Shown: positions 42,117-52,026 of the stretch, one piece after another | How the letters are laid out: every line of letters starts with the position of its first letter | How positions within the stretch are numbered: the first letter of the stretch is position 1 | DNA from: Caldilineaceae bacterium | Lineage (GTDB): Bacteria; Chloroflexota; Anaerolineae; Caldilineales; Caldilineaceae | Assembly (NCBI GenBank): GCA_020634815.1 | Contig: JACKBA010000020.1 | Location: 42,907 to 106,906, forward strand | Reading direction: 5' to 3' | Length of the DNA: 64,000 bases | Notes under the pieces: model-generated | Seen by the model: the letters and a program-made list of their open reading frames with translations, nothing else | Told to the model about the DNA's origin: nothing | The model's database searches: none | Made by a program: the position numbers and the translations under genes

Positions 42117-45100
42117 ATGACCGCATATCACGACACCGAAGAAGCCCTGGAATTTGCTACAATCGATGTACTCGCCGAACTTGGTTGGGGCGAACATGCA
42201 AACCTCTATGAGGAAATCGTTGGCGCCACCAGCCCTGTTGGCAGAGAGTCGCGCGATGATGTCGTGCTGCGCATGCGTCTGCTAGCAGCACTGGAACGCA
42301 TCAACCCCGATTGTCCACCCCAAACACTGGACCTGGTCGCAGACGAGTTGATGCGCGATCGCTCAAGCCTGAGCCTGGTGAACGCCAACCAGGAAATCTA
42401 CGCGCAGCTCAAGGATGGGATTGCGATCACCTTCACCAACACCGAAGGCGACCAGGAGTCACTACGCATCCAGGTCATCGACTGGAACACGCCACAGAAC
42501 AATGACTTTTTCGTTGCACAGCAGATGTGGATTACTGGACCACATCATACGCGACGCACCGATCTCGTGGGCTATGTCAACGGGCTGCCTCTGCTACTGT
42601 TTGAGTTGAAGAAAGACACCGTCTCAATTCAGGACGCCTTCAACAAGAACCTGCGCGACTATAAAGACACCATCCCACAGTTGTTTTGGTACAACGCCGC
42701 CGTCTTGCTCTCAAATGGCCGTGACAGTCGTATCGGTTCGCTCACGGCAGATTGGGAACACTTCAATGAGTGGAAACGGATCAACGACGAAGGCGAAGCC
42801 GGCGTCATTGCGCTGGATACCATGTTGCGTGCGATCTGTCCGCCGGATCGTCTTCTGGATATCGTCGAGAACTTCACATTGTTCAGCCGCGGGCGCGGAG
42901 AAACGGCGAAGGTGCTCACTAAGAACCACCAGTACCTGGGCGTCAATAATGCCATCGAAGCTGTTCGCAACATACGCGAAAATCAAGGACGTCTGGGTGT
43001 CTTCTGGCATACGCAGGGAAGCGGCAAGAGTTTCTCCATGGTCTTCCTGGCGCAGAAAATCTTCCGCCGCATTCCCGGCAACTGGACATTCGTGATTATC
43101 ACCGACCGCCGCGATCTGGACGACCAAATCTACAAGACCTTTGCGGCGACTGGAACGGTTACAGAACAGGAGAAAACCGTCCGCGCTCAGGATGGCGAAC
43201 ACCTGCAACAACTTTTACAGGAAGATCATCGCTATGTCTTCACGCTGATCCAGAAGTTTCACATCGAACGCGGCAGGGTCTATCCGACGCTTTCCGATCG
43301 GGACGACATTATTGTGATCACGGATGAGGCTCACCGGTCGCAATATGACATTCTGGCGCAGAACATGCGCAACGCTCTACCCAACGCGGCGTTTATCGGG
43401 TTCACCGGCACGCCGCTGATTGCGGGCGAAGAAGAAAAGACGCGCGATCTATACGGCGACTACGTGAGCATCTACAACTTCCGCCAATCGATCGCCGACA
43501 ATGCCACGGTGCCGCTCTTCTATGAGAACCGCGTTCCCGAAGTACAGTTGCTGAACGAGCAATTCAGCGAAGAGTTGGAAGAACTACTGGAGGAAGCCGA
43601 ACTCAGCGAAGAAGCAGAGGAACGTCTGGCACGCCAGTTCAGAAATGAATACGGCATCATCACGGACGACGAGCGACTAGAACGCATCGCTGAAGACATC
43701 GTGCAACATTTCCTGGGCCGTGGCTTTCAAGGCAAGGCAATGGTCGTCAGCATCGATAAGGTGACTGCCGGCCGGATGTATGACAAAGTGCAGAAATATT
43801 GGCAGCGCCAGATTGCTGAAGACAAGCAACGGCTGGAGGTCACAACAGACGAGGCGGCACGCCAGGAAATCGAAACACGTCTCGCCTATATGAATGAGAC
43901 GGACAAGGCGCTTATTGTTTCGCAGGGGCAGAACGAGATCGCTCAGTTCAAAAAAAAGGGTCTCGACATCGTGCCCCATCGCGAGCGCATGAACAAAGAG
44001 CCTCTTGACGAATACTTCAAGGATCCTGCACACCCGCTGCGAATCGTCTTTGTGTGTGCCATGTGGATGACCGGCTTTGATGTGCCAAGTTGTTCGACCA
44101 TCTACCTTGACAAGCCGATGCGCAACCACACACTCATGCAGACCATTGCACGCGCCAACCGTGTCTATGAAGGCAAGAGTAGCGGCCTTATCGTCGATTA
44201 CATCGGCATCTTCCGCAACCTGGAGCGCGCCCTTGCGATTTACGCGGCGCCTACTGGCGATGGTGATGGCATTGACCGGCCAATCAAGGCAAAAGAGGAG
44301 CAGGTTGAAGCACTGAGGGCAGCGATTAGCGCCGCTACGGAATTCTGTACTGGGCTAGAGATCGACATTGTTCAGTTGGAAAGCGAGCGGAATGTCTTCG
44401 CCCGCGTGCAGTTGCGCCAGGATGCTGTAAACAAGATTCTAGCTACTGAGGAAACTAAGCAACGATACCTCGCTCTTGCATTGCTGGTTGAGCGTCTCTT
44501 CAAAGCGATCCTACCAGACCCAGCCGCCAACGAATTCACAGCCAGGCGCGCAATCTTGCGTACGCTGGTCGATGCGATCGATGCCGACGAAACGGATGTT
44601 GATCTCTCGGTGGTTATGGGCCAGGTCGAAGCGCTGCTTAGCCGATCGATCTATGTCTTGCCGCCGGCGGCTCTTGATGAAGAACCATTTGACCTGAGCA
44701 CGGTCGACTTTGACGTATTGAAGGCTAAATTTGCTCAGGGCAGGAAAAACATCGAGGCCACAAAGCTGCGCGGCAACCTCAACACGCATGTGCGCACTAT
44801 GGTGCGCTTGAATCCGACCCGGCTTGACTATCAGGAACGGCTACAGGCAATCATCGATGAATACAATGCAGGGCGGATCGATGTCGACGAGTACTTTGCC
44901 CGCTTGATGGCATTTGGTCGTGATCTGCAAGAAGAAGAGCAGCGCGCCATCGTAGAGCAGTTGAGCGAAGAAGAATTGGCGCTGTTCGACATCATCATGA
45001 AGCCAGGGCTTGACATGACGAAGAAAGAGATCGACCGCGTCAAGAGAGGGGCGAGAGAGCTACTCCTCAGACTCAAACAGGAGAAGCTAGTGTTGGACTG

Positions 45101-45278
45101 GCGCAAGCGTCAACAATCGCGCGCTGACGTGCGGCTGACGGTCGAGCAGGCAATGGATCGATTCTTGCCCCCATCTGTGGAGCAAGAGTTGTTTGCCAGG
45201 AAGGTCGATCAGGTCTACAACCATGTGTTCGACAAGTATTATGGCGATGGGAAGAGTGTTTATGCGGTGGCAGCATAG
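42117..45278 (+). CDS. hsdR: Type I RM restriction subunit
   Basis: DLVGYVNGLPLLLFELK, HTQGSGKS, DEAHR, FTGTP, TGFDVP and QTIARANR motifs. Confidence 0.96.
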   Translation: MTAYHDTEEALEFATIDVLAELGWGEHANLYEEIVGATSPVGRESRDDVVLRMRLLAALERINPDCPPQTLDLVADELMRDRSSLSLVNANQEIYAQLKDGIAITFTNTEGDQESLRIQVIDWNTPQNNDFFVAQQMWITGPHHTRRTDLVGYVNGLPLLLFELKKDTVSIQDAFNKNLRDYKDTIPQLFWYNAAVLLSNGRDSRIGSLTADWEHFNEWKRINDEGEAGVIALDTMLRAICPPDRLLDIVENFTLFSRGRGETAKVLTKNHQYLGVNNAIEAVRNIRENQGRLGVFWHTQGSGKSFSMVFLAQKIFRRIPGNWTFVIITDRRDLDDQIYKTFAATGTVTEQEKTVRAQDGEHLQQLLQEDHRYVFTLIQKFHIERGRVYPTLSDRDDIIVITDEAHRSQYDILAQNMRNALPNAAFIGFTGTPLIAGEEEKTRDLYGDYVSIYNFRQSIADNATVPLFYENRVPEVQLLNEQFSEELEELLEEAELSEEAEERLARQFRNEYGIITDDERLERIAEDIVQHFLGRGFQGKAMVVSIDKVTAGRMYDKVQKYWQRQIAEDKQRLEVTTDEAARQEIETRLAYMNETDKALIVSQGQNEIAQFKKKGLDIVPHRERMNKEPLDEYFKDPAHPLRIVFVCAMWMTGFDVPSCSTIYLDKPMRNHTLMQTIARANRVYEGKSSGLIVDYIGIFRNLERALAIYAAPTGDGDGIDRPIKAKEEQVEALRAAISAATEFCTGLEIDIVQLESERNVFARVQLRQDAVNKILATEETKQRYLALALLVERLFKAILPDPAANEFTARRAILRTLVDAIDADETDVDLSVVMGQVEALLSRSIYVLPPAALDEEPFDLSTVDFDVLKAKFAQGRKNIEATKLRGNLNTHVRTMVRLNPTRLDYQERLQAIIDEYNAGRIDVDEYFARLMAFGRDLQEEEQRAIVEQLSEEELALFDIIMKPGLDMTKKEIDRVKRGARELLLRLKQEKLVLDWRKRQQSRADVRLTVEQAMDRFLPPSVEQELFARKVDQVYNHVFDKYYGDGKSVYAVAA

Positions 45279-45321
45279 AGTTCAACGATTTTGATAAAAC
45301 AACAAGGATGGACGAGAAACA

Positions 45322-45606
45322 ATGAAAAACACCCACTGTAGTATCTGTGGACAACCGCTTGACGACCCAAGTTTTGCGAGCCGATATCCGAACTTTGTGT
45401 GCAGAGCTTGTGATGCGCGAGCCGTCAATCAGGACGGGATGCGGCCAGAACACCATAGCATGGGGGATGCAGGTGACAATCCTGTGTTTGTCGACGGCAT
45501 TCAATGTTGGCGTCGCTATAAGTTCGGCGGGTATATCACGATGCGGGATGACGACAGGTATGAGAGCATTGGGGAATTCTATGATGCCCATGGAGCTATC
45601 TTCTAG
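45322..45606 (+). CDS. Small cysteine-rich hypothetical protein (putative Zn finger)
   Basis: CSIC...CRAC and GDNPVFVDGIQCWRRYKFGG; abuts the next gene. Confidence 0.7.
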   Translation: MKNTHCSICGQPLDDPSFASRYPNFVCRACDARAVNQDGMRPEHHSMGDAGDNPVFVDGIQCWRRYKFGGYITMRDDDRYESIGEFYDAHGAIF

Positions 45607-46623
45607 ATGGAACCCATAGCGACCTTCGGCAGCGAAGACCACTATTACGCTGGTAGGTACGGCCAGGAGCGACGCAATGCGCAGCAGAATAGACAACTAG
45701 AGAAGGATATCGAGCATTTCTTACACTATCACATGCCTGACGCTGAAACACGGGTTCGGCAAGTAGTGAAACAATGGAATCAACCAATTCGCAATGCCAT
45801 CATTGCAGATACGGGTCTCCGCCTTGTCCTCGGCAATGAACAACAGTCAGTCCCTGTCCGAATACATCCTGGTCTACCCTGGCCATTTGCCGATCTCGTA
45901 CAGCGCATCCCGTTCCAGCTTTGGGAATTGCTTTTTAACCAGAATTTACTTAGGAGCACCATCCGGGGAACCCAACTGGTAATCGACAATTCTGACGTTG
46001 TACGTGCTCAGTTGCAGACCGAAGTGGATGTGCGTGCCATAGAATACACACGAGACATTGTGTCCAGCTTGCTAGAGCGGCTTGGTGGGCTGAACCTTGA
46101 CGAGGAGTTCCGGGGGATCAACGAAGATATTCTCGGTGCATACTTTTTCCGTATCCCCGAAGTTCGAATCTATTGGATGGCGATTGGTATGCTCGCTAGA
46201 ATACTGGGAGTTAACGTCGAAGCTCTGACTACAGTGGTGCTGATTCACGAACTTGCACATGCCTACACGCATCTCGGTCGTGACGTAGATGGCATTCAGT
46301 GGTCCACCATTGATTTTGCGAAAACAGAAACGCACACAGTCGAAGGTTTGGCCCAGTTCTACACGGCCCAAATCTGCGACAAGTACAGGTTGCGTAACCC
46401 TGAACTGCGTTCTGCATTTGAATCACTGTTGAATTTACAGCCCGAGGCATATACAGCCTTTCGCAATTGGGGACAGGTCAATGACCGTCATATCGGTGAA
46501 ATCGTCCGCTTTGCCATGGTGAGTTGTCGATCGAAGTCTATTCGTACCTATCAGGAATTCCTCAAAGACCTTGAGCAGGCACGAGGGCAGGTTGGTGGCA
46601 CTGATCCGATTGGGGAAGAGTAA
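45607..46623 (+). CDS. Hypothetical zincin-like metallopeptidase
   Basis: VLIHELAHAYTH followed by VEGLAQFYT (gluzincin-like third ligand). Confidence 0.7.
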   Translation: MEPIATFGSEDHYYAGRYGQERRNAQQNRQLEKDIEHFLHYHMPDAETRVRQVVKQWNQPIRNAIIADTGLRLVLGNEQQSVPVRIHPGLPWPFADLVQRIPFQLWELLFNQNLLRSTIRGTQLVIDNSDVVRAQLQTEVDVRAIEYTRDIVSSLLERLGGLNLDEEFRGINEDILGAYFFRIPEVRIYWMAIGMLARILGVNVEALTTVVLIHELAHAYTHLGRDVDGIQWSTIDFAKTETHTVEGLAQFYTAQICDKYRLRNPELRSAFESLLNLQPEAYTAFRNWGQVNDRHIGEIVRFAMVSCRSKSIRTYQEFLKDLEQARGQVGGTDPIGEE

Positions 46624-46765
46624 CCTTATTGAGACGATGGAAAGCGCCAACATGGCAAGATGGAATTCATGCGTGGCCCAATAACGTCAGCGTAGTGGTA
46701 TGTTGGATCTTTCAATCAGGTGCACTGGCAGAAGCGACAAGTCCCATATAGTACACTTCCAACCC

Positions 46766-47890
46766 ATGAACACCTCCAACTCTCTTCCATCCTCCCCACC
46801 CCTGCCAGTCCCCGACCTGGCGGCCAGCCTGCGCGACGTCACCAACTCCTACAAGTTCTACTGGCTGCTGGCGCTCCTGGACCATGTGCGCGAGGGCGGC
46901 GTGGCCACCGTGGCCATTGAGGAGCTGGTCGCCCGCATGGTGGCGGCGGTGTGGTATCCGAGCAACTACTTCCGCCTCTCCTTTGGCAAACAAGACAAGT
47001 TGGGCGAAGCCGCGCTGGCGTTGCGTGACGCGGCGCAACTGCCGCCCAACGCGCCGCAAGCACAGGTCATGGACGCGGCGCGGGCGCACATGGCGGCAGG
47101 CTCGGACGCGGGGCGTCTCATCCGCCGGCTGGACAAGTACGTGGTCTATCGCTTTCTGCGCCCCTTCTTTGCGGCGCAGGTGCGCGGCGCGCCGGACTGG
47201 GAGGTGAATCGGCGCGTGGTGGCGCTGGCCGAGCAGTCGTTTGCGGGCGACGCGCCCCCTCTCTATCGCTTTGCGGACGAGGGGCGCAGCATCGAGCTGC
47301 ACCCGCGCTGGCAGGCGTATCTGCACCACAACCTGGCCATCGTGACCGGCTTCTGTCTGTGGAACCTGGTCACCTATTTGCAGCGCAACAACCCCAACGT
47401 CCCCAACATCGCCGGCAAGCTGGCGGAGCCGGGCCAGCGCGACCTCGGCGCGGCGCGGCGCTTCTGGCGCACGGCGCTGGCGGTGCAGGGTCCCCTGCGC
47501 TGCGTGTATTCGGGCGAAGTGCTCGAAAGCGTGGCCTCGCTCGATCACTTCCTGCCGTGGAGTTTCGTGGCGCACGACCTGCTGTGGAACATCGCCCCGA
47601 CCGCGGCCAGCGTCAATTCGGCCAAGAGCGACCGGCTGCCCGACTTCGCCCGCTATTTCGAGCCCTTTGCCGCGCAGCAATATGCGGCCGTGCAGGCGGT
47701 GGCACAGCAGGCGCACAGTGGGCCGCTGCTGGAAGATTACATCCTGCTGCTGAAGACGCCCTCGGTCGATGCGCTGCGCGGGCTGCCCTTCGCCCACTTC
47801 CGCCGCGCGTTGGAAGAGACGCTGGCGCCGCAGGTGCAGATCGCCCGCACCATGGGCTTTGCCGCCGGCTGGAGCTATACACGCGTATGA
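46766..47890 (+). CDS. HNH endonuclease domain protein
   Basis: TNSYKFYWLLALL N-terminal domain; CVYSG...SLDHFLPWS...DLLWN...NSAKSD. Confidence 0.88.
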   Translation: MNTSNSLPSSPPLPVPDLAASLRDVTNSYKFYWLLALLDHVREGGVATVAIEELVARMVAAVWYPSNYFRLSFGKQDKLGEAALALRDAAQLPPNAPQAQVMDAARAHMAAGSDAGRLIRRLDKYVVYRFLRPFFAAQVRGAPDWEVNRRVVALAEQSFAGDAPPLYRFADEGRSIELHPRWQAYLHHNLAIVTGFCLWNLVTYLQRNNPNVPNIAGKLAEPGQRDLGAARRFWRTALAVQGPLRCVYSGEVLESVASLDHFLPWSFVAHDLLWNIAPTAASVNSAKSDRLPDFARYFEPFAAQQYAAVQAVAQQAHSGPLLEDYILLLKTPSVDALRGLPFAHFRRALEETLAPQVQIARTMGFAAGWSYTRV

Positions 47891-48684
47891 TCGTCCGCTC
47901 GCCGCGTAACCCGCACAGCCACCTGACGGTCAAGGATCGCAAGTGGCCATCGTATCCCACGAAACATCTGCTGGCGCAGGGGCTGGTGCAGGGGCGCGTG
48001 CTCGATTTCGGCTGCGGTACGGGCACGGATGTGGCCTTTCTGCGCGGGCAGGGGATCGACATCACGGGCTATGATCCGCACTACGCGCCGGCCTGGCCCG
48101 CGGGACGCTTCGACACGATCCTCTGCCACTATGTGCTCAACGTGCTGCTGCCGGAGGAGCAGGTGCAGGTGCTCATGGCGGTGGCGGAGTTGCTCGCGCC
48201 CACGGGCCGCGCCTACTTCACCGTGCGGCGCGACATCAAGCGGGCGGGCTTTCGCAGCCACACCGAGCACGACGGCGTCAAGGTCTACCAGTGCAATGTG
48301 GTGCTACCCTATCGCAGCGTGCTGGCGGTGGAGCACTGCGAAGTCTACGAGTATCAACACTACAACCAGCTCGCCCATGCGGGGCCCCACGATTGCCCCT
48401 TCTGCCATCCCACCGCGGAACGGGAACTGTTGTCGGAGTCGGCGTCGGTCTATGCGCTGCTGGATGGCGCGGCGGGCGGGCCGTTGCGCGCGCTGATCGT
48501 GCCCAAGGCGCACATCGCCGGCTACTTCGACCTGCCGGAGAAGCTGCGCACGGCGTGCTGGCTGATGGTGGATCGGGTGCATTGGCTGCTGGGGCAGCGC
48601 GGCGCGGCGGAGGCATGGCGGATCGAGGTGGTGGTGGGACGTGCAGTGGCGCATGCGCATGTCGAGATTTCCGCGTTTGAGTAG
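47887..48684 (+). CDS. Class I SAM methyltransferase-HIT fusion
   Basis: VLDFGCGTG, YDPHY and YVLNVL; then CPFC...LIVPKAH...HAHVE; ATGA overlap with the HNH gene. Confidence 0.82.
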   Translation: MIVRSPRNPHSHLTVKDRKWPSYPTKHLLAQGLVQGRVLDFGCGTGTDVAFLRGQGIDITGYDPHYAPAWPAGRFDTILCHYVLNVLLPEEQVQVLMAVAELLAPTGRAYFTVRRDIKRAGFRSHTEHDGVKVYQCNVVLPYRSVLAVEHCEVYEYQHYNQLAHAGPHDCPFCHPTAERELLSESASVYALLDGAAGGPLRALIVPKAHIAGYFDLPEKLRTACWLMVDRVHWLLGQRGAAEAWRIEVVVGRAVAHAHVEISAFE

Positions 48685-48852
48685 GGGGATGAGGAGGTGA
48701 GGGGATGAGGAGGTGATGGAAGAGTCTGTCGCCTTCGTGGCTTTGCGTCTTCATGTGTGTGCTTTTTGCCGGCGCGGGCGAGGCGGCGCCAGGGCAGGCT
48801 ATCTCGCCAAGTTGCGGAGATGCAGAGAGTGGCCGGCGTGGCGGAACCCGCC

Positions 48853-50214
48853 TCACGCCTCCTTGCTGTGAGGCACGATGCCCGCCAGCTTCTCCCACCC
48901 ATCGCCCAGATTGAGGTCGCGCTGCGGGAAGGGGATCTCGATGCCGTGCGCGGCAAAGGCGTCCCACAGCATGTAGTAGAGATCGCTCCGCACCCGGCCG
49001 GAACGGTCCGGCTGATCCACGCTCACCGAGAGGTTGAAGTCGATGCTGGATTCGCCGTAGCCCAGAAACGCAACGAAGGGCGGCGGTTCGGCCAGCACCA
49101 GCTCGTGCTGGAGCGCCGTTGCGCCGGCGACTTCCCGGACCTCATCCGGCTTGCTCTTGTAGCTCACGCTGAAAGGCACCAGGACGCGCACGATGCGGTC
49201 GGACTTGGTCAAGTTGGTGACCTGTTGAGAGGTAAAGTTGGAGTTGGGGATGACCAACTCCTGGTTCGTGAGGGTGCGCACGGTGGTGGCGCGCAGGCTG
49301 ATCTTCTGGACACGGCTGATGCGGTTGTCGACCTCGATGACGTCGCCGGGGCGCAGCGTCTGCTCGAAGAGGAGGACGAGGCCGCTGATGAAATTCGCCA
49401 CGAACTCCTGCATGCCGATGCCGATGCCGACCGACAGACCGCCGGCAATGATGGCCAGCGAGGTGAAGTCCAGCCCCAGCACGCTCAGCGCGAGGACGAT
49501 GCCCACGGAGATGAGCGCATAGCGCGTCAGCGTGGCGATGGAGTCGATGACACCCTGCTCGGCGCCGGTGCGATCGGGCAGCCAGCGCATCATGCTCTGG
49601 CCGATGACCCAGCCCGCAATGATGAAGAGGTAGAGGGTGAGCAGGGCCAGGAGCAAGTTGCTGAGCGTAATAGCCAGCGTGCCCAGCCGGATGGTGGCAT
49701 CCACCAGGGTCACGGTGCCGGGCAGCATGTTGATGGCCTGCGCTATGACCAGGATGACAAAGGCCGGCGTGACGATCCACCGCCGGTAGGGGCGAACCGC
49801 CTCACCAAAGAGGATGTAGAGCACGACGACCAGCCCGCGGTAGGCCAGCCACATCCAGACCAGGATGGTCACGTCTGCCAGCAGGCCGTCGGGGAGACCG
49901 CGCAGCGCATAGAGCCGGCTGGCCAGCGCCAGCAAGACCAGGGCGACGATGGGTGCCAGCAGCAGGTGCGCAAACCAGGCCACGCGCTGCCGGAGCGACA
50001 CGCCCTCACCCTGCGGGTAGCGGCCGGCGCCGCCAGGCCTGCGGCGCCGGCGGAGAATCTCCGGCAGCGTCCAGGCGACGAGCAGGATCGCCAGGATGAC
50101 GAGCAACTGCTGCTGCACGACCGGGCGCGCAAGCATGGCCAGCAGAAAGTCGATCTGGCCGCGTATGATTTGGCCCAGGAAGTTCTCTTGGGGCGTGCCG
50201 TCGTTGATCATCAT
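48853..50214 (-). CDS. MscS family mechanosensitive channel
   Basis: GLSVGIGIGMQEFVANFISG, RPGDVIEV, VIPNS and IEIPFPQRD motifs. Confidence 0.93.
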   Translation of the reverse strand: MMINDGTPQENFLGQIIRGQIDFLLAMLARPVVQQQLLVILAILLVAWTLPEILRRRRRPGGAGRYPQGEGVSLRQRVAWFAHLLLAPIVALVLLALASRLYALRGLPDGLLADVTILVWMWLAYRGLVVVLYILFGEAVRPYRRWIVTPAFVILVIAQAINMLPGTVTLVDATIRLGTLAITLSNLLLALLTLYLFIIAGWVIGQSMMRWLPDRTGAEQGVIDSIATLTRYALISVGIVLALSVLGLDFTSLAIIAGGLSVGIGIGMQEFVANFISGLVLLFEQTLRPGDVIEVDNRISRVQKISLRATTVRTLTNQELVIPNSNFTSQQVTNLTKSDRIVRVLVPFSVSYKSKPDEVREVAGATALQHELVLAEPPPFVAFLGYGESSIDFNLSVSVDQPDRSGRVRSDLYYMLWDAFAAHGIEIPFPQRDLNLGDGWEKLAGIVPHSKEA

Positions 50215-50250
50215 CTACTCCTGACTTGCTGACTGCGGTAGCGCAGGACC

Positions 50251-51498
50251 TCATGGCGCCGGCCATTCGCATCCTTGTGGCAGGCTCACCGCGGCACTGC
50301 TCTCGCCCAGCAGCGCAACCACTTCGCGGCCAAAGTCACAGACCGCATCGGCCGGGGTCGCCGAGCCGGAGAGCACGGTGCTGTAGGCGCGATTGCCCGC
50401 CGCAAACAGCGCATCGATCGGCAGTGCCAGTGGCAGGGCGACCGCCGTGCGCGCCTGCTGGGCAAAGCCGCTGACGATGGGATAGATGCGCCTGTCCACC
50501 TGGATGCGCGGGTTGGCCGGGACTTTGCCCAGTTGGCGCATGAAGCGGATGCCCTGGCGTTCGTTGGCCAGAAATGCCGCCAGTTCGTTGGCAATGCGCG
50601 CCTGCAGCGGCGAACTGTGCGCGAAGAAAAGGATCGTCTCGGCCGGCACCAGGGGCCCGGCAGCTCCGGCGGGTCCGCCCGGCAGCGGGGCCACGCCCAC
50701 CTCGAAGGCATTCTCCGCGTCCATGCGCTCCATGATGCGCGCCAGGCTTTCCGGCCCGGCGATGTAGTAGGCAATCTGGCCGGCGGCAAAGAGATCGAGG
50801 AGCGACTCGTCGTCGACGTTCAGGATGACGCCGGGCGCGCGCTGGGCATTGTCCAGCCAGCGCAGCCATTGCTCGAAGCCGCTCTCGGCCAGGGTGAAGT
50901 TGCCTTCCGCGTCAAAGAGCCCCTGCCCCAGGGTCTGGATGCCCCAGTACGCCTCCTCGAAGCGGGGGACGAACTCCACGCGGTTGCCGGCCGCCGCCTC
51001 GCGCAAGAGATCGTCGAGCGTCTGGGCCGGGTCGGTGACGAGCTCCTTGTTGTAGTAGAGGGCGCGCGGCGCCAGGAAGAGCGGGGCGCCGAAGAGCTTG
51101 CCCGCGTACGCCACGAGCGCACGGTTGCGCGCGCTGGCCAACACCTGCGGCGCGTCGGCCTGGGTCACGGCACGGATCGAGCCGGCATCTGCCAGTTCCT
51201 TGATCCAGCGATTCTGTCCGATGAGGAGATCGGGCGCCAGGCCGTCGTTGGCCGCGTTGGCGAACTCCTTGAGAATCTGCCCTTCAGGCAGCGCCATCTC
51301 GACCACGCGCACGCCGGGGTAGACTTCCTGGAAGCGGGTCAGCGCCTCGCGCAGTTCGACGGCGTCGGCCCCGCTCCAGCTATGCCAGAGCGTGACGCGC
51401 CCGCGCAGATCCTCCACCGGCGCCACGGGGAGGCAGCCGGCAAGAAGGAGCAGCAGCAAGAGGAGGCACGCCCGCTGCCACAGGCGCGCGGTCGTCAT
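50251..51498 (-). CDS. Extracellular solute-binding lipoprotein (MalE-like)
   Basis: Lipobox LLAGC, VTLWHSW and LYYNKELV motifs. Confidence 0.85.
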   Translation of the reverse strand: MTTARLWQRACLLLLLLLLAGCLPVAPVEDLRGRVTLWHSWSGADAVELREALTRFQEVYPGVRVVEMALPEGQILKEFANAANDGLAPDLLIGQNRWIKELADAGSIRAVTQADAPQVLASARNRALVAYAGKLFGAPLFLAPRALYYNKELVTDPAQTLDDLLREAAAGNRVEFVPRFEEAYWGIQTLGQGLFDAEGNFTLAESGFEQWLRWLDNAQRAPGVILNVDDESLLDLFAAGQIAYYIAGPESLARIMERMDAENAFEVGVAPLPGGPAGAAGPLVPAETILFFAHSSPLQARIANELAAFLANERQGIRFMRQLGKVPANPRIQVDRRIYPIVSGFAQQARTAVALPLALPIDALFAAGNRAYSTVLSGSATPADAVCDFGREVVALLGESSAAVSLPQGCEWPAP

Positions 51499-51727
51499 GC
51501 GTCCGTCTCTCGCCAGCTCATGCCGCATTTCCCGGTTGTTCTCCGTTTCGTCATCGTCGTCCGTATCATCCCGTTTCGGTGGCGCGCTACACGAGCGCAC
51601 CGCGGCGCAACATGACAGCGATCTGAAGGTTCAGTCCACTGGCTGCGTTCGCAGTATACGAAAAGAGCGAGGTGGCGGCAACCCTGGGCGGCGGCGCGGC
51701 GCCCCACAGCAAACTTTGGCTTGCGCC

Positions 51728-51800
51728 AAAACGGACGAGGCCGGGGCACCTGCCCCGGCCTCGTCGCTTTCCTGGTGGTCTTTCAAGAAAGGAGGTTCGT
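51728..51800 (-). ncRNA. Candidate ~70-nt small RNA with anti-Shine-Dalgarno motif
   Basis: Extended -10 TGCTAGACT (51814-51806), CCTCCTTTCT, 15-bp perfect stem (51734-51765), then CGTTTT. Confidence 0.5.
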
Positions 51801-51905
51801 TCACCAGTCTAGCATGTCCTTGCCTGCGGCGCATCCAACAAATGCTGCAACCTTCAGCTTACGATAGCCGGACGTTATCTCGCCGCAGCCCATCACCCGC
51901 AGGAT

Positions 51906-51980
51906 TGGCGGCGTGCGTCGCACCGGTCAGATGACCTTTCGCATGGCGCCGTGTGCTGAACGGTGCGACGCACGCCGGGG
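51906..51980. repeat. 75-bp palindromic dispersed repeat, copy 2
   Basis: GGCGTGCGTCGCACCG...CGGTGCGACGCACGCC; inverted relative to 22365-22439. Confidence 0.8.
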
Positions 51981-52026
51981 GTGACCACGTCACTCTCCTG
52001 GGACACACCCGAACCGCCGCGTAGAG

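Noticed and set aside
46624-46765. Integron attC site after the HExxH gene
   Set aside because: No convincing RYYYAAC...GTTRRRY pair with internal complementarity, and no integrase.
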